Position numbers and translations under genes: made by a program. This document shows, in pieces, positions 49,698-57,928 of a DNA stretch of 64,000 bases. The notes beneath the pieces were generated by a model that was given only the letters and a program-made list of their open reading frames with translations, made no database searches and was not told where the DNA came from. The stretch comes from Spirochaetota bacterium. GTDB lineage: Bacteria; Spirochaetota; UBA4802; UBA5550. Positions within the stretch are counted from its first letter, which is position 1; each line of letters begins with the position of its first letter. The DNA is taken from contig OY760686.1 in assembly GCA_963663865.1 (NCBI GenBank), positions 1,248,001 through 1,312,000 of the forward strand, written 5' to 3'.

Positions 49698-50664
49698 CGG
49701 TGAGCGGATTAAGCACAACGCCGTGATGAATCAGCATAAAGTGGACATGCGGGCCGGTTGAACGGCCTGTTGAGCCTACAAGAGCGACAGTATTTCCCTG
49801 TAAAACAAAGTCGCCTTTTTTCGAGATGAGTTCCGAGCAGTGTGCATATAGAGTTGAGTAACCGTCTTTGTGCTGTATCTCAACGGTGTTTCCGTATCCT
49901 TCCCTCCAACCGGAAAAAGTAACAATTCCAGAGCGCGAGGCCTTTACGGGTGAACCGTATCTTGCCTGAATGTCAAGCCCGTTGTGAAAGGCCATCATGT
50001 GAATGAAAGGATCGACTCTTTCACCGAACATCGAAGTGTAGTGCCCCCTGTCGACTGGCATAATAAAAATATTTTTGTGGGCGTAGAGTTTTCCCATTGG
50101 CTTGTTCAGCAAAACCGGTTTTGCACCCTGGAAAAAAACTAACCTCACGTCATCGTTGGAGAAAAGCTTGAACAGAGCGGGCCTGTACTCGCCTTCCAGT
50201 TTTGATTTTTCCCCGAGTTGTTTCTGCATTCTGTAAACGTCGAGCACATTGTCAAAAGCGAAAAGAACTCCATCTTTTGAAGGAATTATGAGTTTTAATC
50301 CTTCTTTTGGCCTGAGTGATTTTAAAAAGGGATTTGCCGCTATAAGAGTGTCGATGCTTATGCCGTAACGCGCGGTAATATTCCAAAAGGATTCGCCAAT
50401 TTGCATGGTATGTACGGTAAGACGGACACCCGCGTTGTAGGGATAGCTTTCAGCAAGTTTAATGTACGCATCCATATCATGAAATAAAGGAAAACCGTTT
50501 TTTAGACTGTAGGCATTTCTATCGACCTCAATCCCATGAAGAATAAGGGTGTTGTATATGTTTAATGACAGGATAGATATAATGAAAAGAACTGCCGCGG
50601 CAGCAGCACCTCTTTTGATATGGCGGTACGGGCTGTCGGGGATATGTTTTCCTCGAAACCTCAT
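49687..50664 (-). CDS. LysM + M23 family peptidase
   Basis: LysM (GESFWNITARYGIS), HNGLD, STGPHVHF. Confidence 0.92.
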   Translation of the reverse strand: MRFRGKHIPDSPYRHIKRGAAAAAVLFIISILSLNIYNTLILHGIEVDRNAYSLKNGFPLFHDMDAYIKLAESYPYNAGVRLTVHTMQIGESFWNITARYGISIDTLIAANPFLKSLRPKEGLKLIIPSKDGVLFAFDNVLDVYRMQKQLGEKSKLEGEYRPALFKLFSNDDVRLVFFQGAKPVLLNKPMGKLYAHKNIFIMPVDRGHYTSMFGERVDPFIHMMAFHNGLDIQARYGSPVKASRSGIVTFSGWREGYGNTVEIQHKDGYSTLYAHCSELISKKGDFVLQGNTVALVGSTGRSTGPHVHFMLIHHGVVLNPLTVIW

Positions 50665-51473
50665 TCGCCCCCCAGCGCGCGTGATTTTTTTGCGGCTGAC
50701 TCTACAGCATCCATAACGATACCTGAGAAGCCCGATATTTCGAGTTTATGAATGCCTTCTATAGTTGTACCGGCCGGCGAGGCAACCATGTCTCTGAGCA
50801 TTATTGGATTTTGCAATTCGTCAAGAACCATGCCCGCTGAGCCAAAAACGGTCTGGGCAGCGAGGAGCAGGGCGTCGTTTCTTGATATTCCGCATTTGAC
50901 GGCGCCGTCTGCGAGTGCCTGTATGAATGTGAAAACAAAAGCCGGACCGCTGCCCGATACCCCGGTAACTGCATCCATCAAATGTTCAGGGAGTACGATT
51001 GCTCTTCCAAGCGACTGGAAAACCGCAATAGCTTTATCCAATGTTCCCACATCAATATCTTCAGGTGCTGAAAGAACAGACATCCCCTGGGAAATCAGCG
51101 CGGGGGTATTGGGCATCACTCTGATAACCGCTGTGCCGGGAAGAAGGTTGTCTCGCAGTGTTTTGAGCTTAACACCAGCGGCAATGGATATGACAGTTTT
51201 GCCGCGTGCTTCTTCACGTATTGAGGAAAGCACTGAAGGAACCGCAGCGGGTTTTACAGCTACTATTATGATGTCTGAAAGCGTGGTTGTTTCTGAGGAC
51301 GATGCAGAGGTGCTGACACGCGGCATTTTTTCAAGCCGGGTAAGTTTGCTTTTGTCTGTATCGCAGATATTAAGCTCAGGGCCGTCCTCTATCTTTAGCA
51401 GTCCCGAAATAATCGCGCCGCCCATGTTCCCGGTGCCAATGCATCCGATCTTAAGTCCTTTTAAAATACTCAC
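50661..51473 (-). CDS. proC: Pyrroline-5-carboxylate reductase
   Basis: IGTGNMG, AVKP, RVMPNTP, SGSGPAF, VASPAGTTIEG. Confidence 0.96.
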   Translation of the reverse strand: MSILKGLKIGCIGTGNMGGAIISGLLKIEDGPELNICDTDKSKLTRLEKMPRVSTSASSSETTTLSDIIIVAVKPAAVPSVLSSIREEARGKTVISIAAGVKLKTLRDNLLPGTAVIRVMPNTPALISQGMSVLSAPEDIDVGTLDKAIAVFQSLGRAIVLPEHLMDAVTGVSGSGPAFVFTFIQALADGAVKCGISRNDALLLAAQTVFGSAGMVLDELQNPIMLRDMVASPAGTTIEGIHKLEISGFSGIVMDAVESAAKKSRALGGE

Positions 51474-52162
51474 CTGCGACCTCTGTACCTTTCTCCAAAA
51501 ATTGCGCTGCCGATTCTCACTATTGTAGCCCCTTCTTCAATTGCCGTCTCAAAGTCTGATGACATGCCCATTGATAGCTCTGTTAGGCTGAGCCCGAGTT
51601 CTGAGTTAATGCGTTCTCTTGTCTTTCTTGCGATTGAGAAAGCCTTTCGGACTACTTTCTCATTATCGGAAAATTCGGCCATAGTCATGACTCCGGAAAG
51701 CTTGATCCCTTCAAGTGAAGACAATCGTCCAGCGAGTTCGACAGCCTCTGAAGGGGAGATGCCGTTCTTAGTGGCCTCCTCTGAACCGTTTATCTGGATG
51801 TAAACTTCCTGTGTTTTGTTCTGCGCTACGGCTTCCCGTGAAACCCTCTCGGCAGTCGAGAACTTGTCGATGGAATGAATCACATCGAAAAGGCTGACCG
51901 CGTCTTTTGCCTTATTTGATTGAAGATGTCCGATAAGATGGAATGAAGCTTGGCCTGTCAGTTCGGGGATTTTAGACCTGGCCTCCTGGACCCTGTTCTC
52001 GCCGAAGAGGGAGACTCCAATATTTATTGCCTCCTGAACTGACGATGCGGGGAAATTCTTTGAGACAGTGAGGATTCTTACCGAACCGGGATGTCTTCCG
52101 GAACGGAGCTCTGCCTCCCTGACAATGCCTGTTATGTATTTATAGTTTTCGATTATATTCAT
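51470..52162 (-). CDS. yggS: PLP homeostasis protein YggS/PLPBP
   Basis: VSK, FGENRVQE, HLIGHLQSNK, LSMGMSSDF, VRIGSAIFG; conserved yggS-proC pairing. Confidence 0.95.
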   Translation of the reverse strand: MNIIENYKYITGIVREAELRSGRHPGSVRILTVSKNFPASSVQEAINIGVSLFGENRVQEARSKIPELTGQASFHLIGHLQSNKAKDAVSLFDVIHSIDKFSTAERVSREAVAQNKTQEVYIQINGSEEATKNGISPSEAVELAGRLSSLEGIKLSGVMTMAEFSDNEKVVRKAFSIARKTRERINSELGLSLTELSMGMSSDFETAIEEGATIVRIGSAIFGERYRGRR

Positions 52163-52422
52163 AGCTGTTATACTCAATTATTTTTTATACTGATTATTCA
52201 ATTTTACAAAGTCAAGAAAAATATAATTTGATTTTGAATACAGGGGGAAAGAGTTTGCAGATTAGTCCTGTTCGATAATTAAATTTAATATTCCAAAATA
52301 TTTCGTTGACAATATGGGGTTTAAACGGATTTTATTTGGTATGCATTCCCGTCGGCGCGGTGTAGCGTTTATTCGGAAATAGTTATTAGTAACTCTTTAG
52401 TTTCACCTGGAGTTTGAGTAAT

Positions 52423-53250
52423 ATGACCTTTTATGATGAATCATATCAGTCCCTTCTGCCGATTTTAATTGTTAATGTCGCTTTCAGCGTATTATTCCTT
52501 TATTACGCTGTGACTTATTCCAGGCGGCCGAAAACCCCCGAGGTTCTTGAGAGGCTTCATCGGAGCTTCCTGGGCGTATTCTTTCTTGAGTTCTGGTACT
52601 GGTTTATTGATCCAGCCGTGAAGTTTCTCGCTTTTCTGCGCATGACCCCGAATATGATAACAGCAATGTCTATTGTAATTTCCGCATATACTGCCTATGT
52701 GTTTCTTTCCGGTTCACTCGGTTTTGCCGGTTGGCTTGTTATAATTAGCGGGACTATGGACCTTCTTGACGGAAGGTTGGCGCGCAGTACCGGGCAGACT
52801 ACAAGGTCAGGTGCTTTTTTCGATGCCTGTACAGACCGTTTCAATGATGCAATTGTGTTTGCTGGAGCCGGACTGTATTTCATTTTTAAGGATTACGACA
52901 GGCTGACAGGGACTTTCAATGTTTCACCGCTTGATCTGACAATGCTCATCGTAGCTGTTTTCCTGATTATCGGTACTGAGGTAATGAGCTATTCCAAGGC
53001 CCGGGGCGAAGTTTACGGTTTCGTGACAAAGAGGGGACTCATGCAGAGACCAGAGAGGGTTGCTTTAATGGGGGGGCTTACAGTACTATATCCTTATTTT
53101 CGAATACTTGCAGTTGAAAACGGAGTGCATCCGGACATCTCACTTATGATTACGCTTGCCGTTATGGCAGTGCTGGTCAACTATTCAGCTGTTATCCGTA
53201 TAATTGATCTTTTCAGAAAGATCAGGGAAGAAGAAAGAAACAGAGCCTGA
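52423..53250 (+). CDS. CDP-alcohol phosphatidyltransferase, PIP-synthase/AIP-synthase-like
   Basis: TPNMIT, DLLDGRLAR..G....GAFFD...DR..D, SYSKARGE..GLMQRPER. Confidence 0.85.
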   Translation: MTFYDESYQSLLPILIVNVAFSVLFLYYAVTYSRRPKTPEVLERLHRSFLGVFFLEFWYWFIDPAVKFLAFLRMTPNMITAMSIVISAYTAYVFLSGSLGFAGWLVIISGTMDLLDGRLARSTGQTTRSGAFFDACTDRFNDAIVFAGAGLYFIFKDYDRLTGTFNVSPLDLTMLIVAVFLIIGTEVMSYSKARGEVYGFVTKRGLMQRPERVALMGGLTVLYPYFRILAVENGVHPDISLMITLAVMAVLVNYSAVIRIIDLFRKIREEERNRA

Positions 53251-53279
53251 AGGTATTTGCCGCATTACAGAGTACTATT

Positions 53280-53426
53280 TCAGCTTTTTATTTTTTTTAC
53301 AGCTAATCGAATCAGAACGGCTATTATTATGAAAGATAGGGCCGTTAAAGCGTCTGACAGCTCGAGGCTCCTGCAGTTTTCGCATGTGTAGCCTCTGTAT
53401 TCAGGAATCCCTGCCTTGAAGTTCAT
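53280..53426 (-). CDS. 48-aa putative small membrane protein with CxxC
   Basis: GGGAGG RBS before ATG 53426; MNFKAGIPEYRGYTCENCRSLELSDALTALSFIIIAVLIRLAVKKIKS. Confidence 0.5.
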   Translation of the reverse strand: MNFKAGIPEYRGYTCENCRSLELSDALTALSFIIIAVLIRLAVKKIKS

Positions 53427-53561
53427 TGTTGCCTCCCTGCGAGCGGTTGAACCTCTATGACAACGGGACGGCATATTTGTTTCACACTTAAATTCAGGGC
53501 TATGTTACCAGAGAGATAACCGCGGTTCCTTTTCTGTAAATACTATCGTTGAGGTGATATT

Positions 53562-54263
53562 ATGAATGTTATTATTTTCGGTCCTAACGGAAGCGGAAAG
53601 GGAACGCAGGGAGCGGCTGTAAAGGATAAACTCGGCATCGCACACATAGAATCCGGGGTTATATTCAGGGACAATATTAAAAGCGGAACACCGCTTGGTA
53701 AAGAAGCTGAGTTATATATTAAAAGAGGCGAGCTTGTGCCTGATGAGATTACTATTCCAATGATTCTTGACAGGCTTAAGAAGCAGGACTGCTCAAACGG
53801 CTGGCTGCTCGACGGTTTCCCGAGAAATGTAAAACAGGCGGAAGCTCTTCATCGTGCACTTGCCGAAAGTTCCATGAAGCTTGATGCGGTGATTGAGATT
53901 GTCCTCAGCAGAGAGATTTCAAAAAACAGAATTATGGGAAGGCGCATCTGCAAGTCAGACGCATCGCATCCAAACAATGTTTTTATAGATGCAATAAAGC
54001 CGGTCGAGAAAAACGGTTCTGTGCAGTGCAGCGTTTGCGGTTCAGAGCTTATCACGAGGGACGATGATCAGGACGAAGCTGCGATAAACAAGCGGCACGA
54101 TATCTACTACAATGAAACGACGGGAACTCTCGCTGCCGCGGCTTATTTCAGAGACCGTTCAGGTTCAGAGGGCTTCAGAGTCATCACGGTGGACGGCCGG
54201 CCCGGAGTCAGAGATGTGACTGCTTCATTGATGTCGCAGCTGTCATCCGATGAATTGTCTTGA
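53562..54263 (+). CDS. adk: Adenylate kinase
   Basis: GPNGSGKGTQ, GELVPD, WLLDGFPR, LID domain with C/H/C/C ligands. Confidence 0.96.
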   Translation: MNVIIFGPNGSGKGTQGAAVKDKLGIAHIESGVIFRDNIKSGTPLGKEAELYIKRGELVPDEITIPMILDRLKKQDCSNGWLLDGFPRNVKQAEALHRALAESSMKLDAVIEIVLSREISKNRIMGRRICKSDASHPNNVFIDAIKPVEKNGSVQCSVCGSELITRDDDQDEAAINKRHDIYYNETTGTLAAAAYFRDRSGSEGFRVITVDGRPGVRDVTASLMSQLSSDELS

Positions 54264-54288
54264 CAGTCTATTTTGTCGGGTATATGAT
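54260..54288 (+). promoter_or_regulatory. Putative sigma-70 promoter for the 54341-59542 operon
   Basis: TTGACA (overlapping the adk stop codon), 17 nt spacer, TATGAT. Confidence 0.65.
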
Positions 54289-54340
54289 GCGGCCTGAATT
54301 GTTTTAGATTAACTGCAAATTATTACGCTGAGGGGAAACA

Positions 54341-54724
54341 ATGAATATTATCAGGCTCGCGTATATTCTTCTCTCTGTCCCGGTGCTCGTCAATCTGTTT
54401 GTTTCTATCTTCCTATTTGCCGCAGGGACAACCCCGGAATTTACCGGTTATCTTGGGGGGGCTGCGGCGGGGGCAATGATGGCCTACTATTGGTTTTGGG
54501 AGATAATCAAGGCGTCTTCATCCGGCCCGATCAAGCTTTTTAAAATACTTGGCGCAGGATTCCTCATCAAACTTGTAATTATGGTGGCTGTCCTGGCTAT
54601 CGGAACCCGCTTCACATCTTTCAACCGCATGTATTTCGCTGCGGCCTTTCTTTTTTCTGTAATGTCAGCTTCTGTTGTTGAAATCTGGTACTTTGTGTCT
54701 ATCAGCAGGCTGGGAAAAAAATAG
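54341..54724 (+). CDS. Small four-TM membrane protein
   Basis: Four hydrophobic segments, AtpI-like size and topology; GAGGGG RBS. Confidence 0.7.
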   Translation: MNIIRLAYILLSVPVLVNLFVSIFLFAAGTTPEFTGYLGGAAAGAMMAYYWFWEIIKASSSGPIKLFKILGAGFLIKLVIMVAVLAIGTRFTSFNRMYFAAAFLFSVMSASVVEIWYFVSISRLGKK

Positions 54725-54775
54725 TACAATTTGGCATCTTCACCGGAGATATTAGCGTCAGGAGAAACTGCTCGA

Positions 54776-56425
54776 ATGTCCGAAAAATTGAATAATCTCT
54801 CAAAAGACGAACTTATAAATATCATCACCAATCTTCAGATGAAACTCGGCGGTCCGGAAAGTTCGTTTGATGTGCCGGATGAACTTAAAATTGACTACTG
54901 CCAGCTTCTTGAAAGCGCGTCAGACGCGATATTCGTTCTCGACGGTTCCGGAAAGATTATTTTCATGAATTCATCATGGAATAAATTTATACCGGACGGT
55001 TTGAACATCACAAATGGATGCAGCCTTGCGGAACACATAGCCGGGCCAGATTCAGAACGAGCCCGGAAGCTTATCAGCGGAGTTCTTTCTGCAGGAAAGG
55101 CTGTTAATAATGAAGTGTTGAGAGTTCCGGATTCAGACGGAAATACTCTATATTTTAATGCCGCAATATCTCCTTTAAAAGAACCAGGAGGCAAAATTAA
55201 AGGCCTTCTCTGTGTATTAAAGGACAATACAGAGGGAGAGCTCATAAAGAAGAAACTTGCGGATAATACCCGCATGCTCGAAAACAAGGTTAAGGAACTG
55301 ATAAGCCAGCAGGAGCAGTTAAAGTCGCTCAGGGAGCTTAATGAGGATATAATAAACAATACTCCTCTTGGAATTTTCATTCTCGATATTACAGGAATAA
55401 TGCTTTCCGAAAACCCGGCTCTGAAAAAAATCATGGGACATGGCAAGGAGAGCCGTATCGGGGTAAATGTTGTTCAATATTCAGGGTTTGTGGATAGCGG
55501 CTTAAGCGCTTTATTCGAAAGATGTCTTGCAACGGCCGCTCCGGTGCAGAAGCAGAATGTTTCCTATGTTCCTATAGCAAGGGACAGAAATCTTACATTA
55601 GATGTTTATATGGATCCTCTCCTCGATGAGAAGGGTGAGGTTCAGCGCGTTGTCGTAATGGTTGAGGACAGAACCGAGCACGCGAAAATGGAGAGGATTG
55701 CCAAGAGAGCAGAAAGAAACTCAAGTCTCGGCAGGCTTTCGCAGGGCATAGCGAGGGAGCTCAGAAAGCCGATTGACAAGATGTATATGGATCTGAATTT
55801 TGTGTTCAATAATGTTGACAAAAACAGTCCGGCACTCGACTATGTTGTCTCGTTGAAGGATCAGCTGCATAGAATTAAGAACCTTTGCGAGCAGCTTGTT
55901 GCACTCGCGGATCCGGATGAGCAGGAGAAGGAGATTTGCGAAGTAAACAGCGTTGTTCTCGGTCATCCAATTGATATCCTTCTGGCAAGAATGAAGGAAA
56001 AAGGTTACTCGGTTGAAGTTAATATGCCTGAGAAGAGCCCGAGGATTAAGGCTACAAGAGGGCAGATTGTACAGGTTCTCTTTGACCTTATTGAAAATGC
56101 TCAGGAAGCAATGCCGGACTCCGGAAAGCTGACTCTGGCAGTTGCGACTGAGTCAGCACGGGATGCTGATTACGCGGTGATTACGCTCGCGGACACAGGG
56201 GTCGGTATCTCGGAAGAAAACATGAACAGGATTTTTCAGCCTTTTTATACAACGAAAGGGTCAGAGGCCACAGGGCTTGGGCTCATGATTGCTTCTCATG
56301 TAATCGACAATCTTGGGGGCTGTATGGCTGTTAAGAGCGCTCCGGGGCAGGGAACGGTTTTCAAGATTGCTATCCCTGTGGCGGAAAACGATCAGGCTGG
56401 TTTAAATGAGCAGAAAAGAGAATAA
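54776..56425 (+). CDS. Cytoplasmic PAS-PAS histidine-kinase-like protein lacking the H-box His
   Basis: Two PAS domains; H-box reads GIARELRKP; HATPase boxes ENA, DTGVGI, FQPFYTTK, TGLGL present; ATG 54776 after AGGAG. Confidence 0.88.
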   Translation: MSEKLNNLSKDELINIITNLQMKLGGPESSFDVPDELKIDYCQLLESASDAIFVLDGSGKIIFMNSSWNKFIPDGLNITNGCSLAEHIAGPDSERARKLISGVLSAGKAVNNEVLRVPDSDGNTLYFNAAISPLKEPGGKIKGLLCVLKDNTEGELIKKKLADNTRMLENKVKELISQQEQLKSLRELNEDIINNTPLGIFILDITGIMLSENPALKKIMGHGKESRIGVNVVQYSGFVDSGLSALFERCLATAAPVQKQNVSYVPIARDRNLTLDVYMDPLLDEKGEVQRVVVMVEDRTEHAKMERIAKRAERNSSLGRLSQGIARELRKPIDKMYMDLNFVFNNVDKNSPALDYVVSLKDQLHRIKNLCEQLVALADPDEQEKEICEVNSVVLGHPIDILLARMKEKGYSVEVNMPEKSPRIKATRGQIVQVLFDLIENAQEAMPDSGKLTLAVATESARDADYAVITLADTGVGISEENMNRIFQPFYTTKGSEATGLGLMIASHVIDNLGGCMAVKSAPGQGTVFKIAIPVAENDQAGLNEQKRE

Positions 56426-57917
56426 AACAATAGACGAAATATTTCAGGATAGCGGCTTTCTGCTCGTTTCTCAGGATGATGAGCCGGAACCTGAAACTGC
56501 GGCCGATCCGCATAGACTCGATCCTGCCGAAAGGGAGCTGCTTGACCATCTCAAATATATAGTCTCGAACGAAGCTTTTCAGAAAAACATTGTTTCGCCT
56601 CCGGTCGTGGAAGCTGTTCAGCCAGACAGGACGCCGGTTCAACCCAGAGATCGTAGAGTCGACGCTTACGATATCCCCGTTTTGATAGAATATCTGCTAT
56701 GGCATATCAAGCGGATTTGTTCAATCGTAATTGACAGAGAGGACATAGTCAAGCAGGCATTTTTTGCTATTTTAACCGGCGAACATATGCTTCTGCTCAG
56801 CCGTACGGGAATGGCCAAGTCATTTTTGGCTACATATATATTCAATACCTTTGAGGGCGCCCGGGTCTTTTCCGCCCAGGCAAGCAAGGATCAGACGCCT
56901 GATAACTATTTCGGGCCCTACAATATTGAGGAGTTTAAGAAGGGACGCATTAAGCACAATGTAATGGGTTCAGTAATTGAGGCCAATCTTGTATTCCTTG
57001 ATGAGTTTTTTGATGCCAGCGATGTGGTATTGCGTTCACTTCTTTCAGTATTGAACGAAAGAAAATTTATTAATGGACAGGAGCAGATTGACACCGCGGT
57101 ACATACTGCCGTGGCAACAGCAAATTATATGAGGCTCAATGAGGTCACTGAGGCTGTCCTCGACAGGTTTACCTATAAGGCCATTATCCCGGAGAACAGC
57201 AACAGCTATACGCAGTTTCTGATAGACAGGACCTACGAGTCTACGAGAGGGAATCCATCATATTCAGAAAAGAAGATTAACTTTGACCAGATTCTCTATC
57301 TGACCGACGTTATAAAAAACAGAAGCAAAGACCTCAGAATCGATTTTCCCGACATCATGTATTTCATGAAAAACGTTGTAGTAAACAGATTCGTGGGAGA
57401 GATGCGAAAGCATGATCAGGGTTACTTTATAAGCCCCAGAAAGACAGCAAAGCTTTCCGATTTTCTTAGAGCTAACGCACTCATGAACAACAGGTTTGAG
57501 GTACTCGTCGAAGACCTTGGCGAGATGTATATACCGCTGTGTACGGCAAACAGCTATATTTCAGTCAAGGCAAAGGACAAGTCTGAAAGAGACGTCTTTC
57601 TCGACACATTCAGGCAGACAATGACTCACTTCAGCGTGAGCGGAGCTTTCAACCAGGCTGAATTCCTGCTCAATGTGAGGAGGCTGTTCCAGGAGATGAA
57701 GGAGAATCCTGCAGGAAGGGATGTAATTCTTCAGCAAAAGGGCCTTATTGACGGGCTCGTCGGGATTCTGAAGAGATTATTCCCGGGCAGAACCAGGGCA
57801 GATGATTCTGTTTCGGTAGAATCGCTTAAAAGGTCGGTAATGGAACTCAATCCCGCGGTCGCTGAAATTGAGGAGCTGAAACAGGGCATACTTGTCGATT
57901 ACAGGGATATTCACTGA
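56406..57917 (+). CDS. RavA/MoxR-type AAA+ ATPase
   Basis: GEHMLLLSRTGMAKS (Walker A), VFLDEFF (Walker B), LLSVLNER, AVLDRF, ISPRK. Confidence 0.85.
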   Translation: MSRKENKTIDEIFQDSGFLLVSQDDEPEPETAADPHRLDPAERELLDHLKYIVSNEAFQKNIVSPPVVEAVQPDRTPVQPRDRRVDAYDIPVLIEYLLWHIKRICSIVIDREDIVKQAFFAILTGEHMLLLSRTGMAKSFLATYIFNTFEGARVFSAQASKDQTPDNYFGPYNIEEFKKGRIKHNVMGSVIEANLVFLDEFFDASDVVLRSLLSVLNERKFINGQEQIDTAVHTAVATANYMRLNEVTEAVLDRFTYKAIIPENSNSYTQFLIDRTYESTRGNPSYSEKKINFDQILYLTDVIKNRSKDLRIDFPDIMYFMKNVVVNRFVGEMRKHDQGYFISPRKTAKLSDFLRANALMNNRFEVLVEDLGEMYIPLCTANSYISVKAKDKSERDVFLDTFRQTMTHFSVSGAFNQAEFLLNVRRLFQEMKENPAGRDVILQQKGLIDGLVGILKRLFPGRTRADDSVSVESLKRSVMELNPAVAEIEELKQGILVDYRDIH

Positions 57918-57928
57918 TTGGAGATTTT

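Noticed and set aside
50752-51528. 258-aa plus-strand ORF
   Set aside because: Antisense shadow of proC with no recognisable motifs or RBS.
53400-53530. CCCTGC...TTGAACC segments reminiscent of 6S RNA
   Set aside because: I could not find the complementary arm needed for the long 6S rod; a small ORF with a strong RBS explains the region better.
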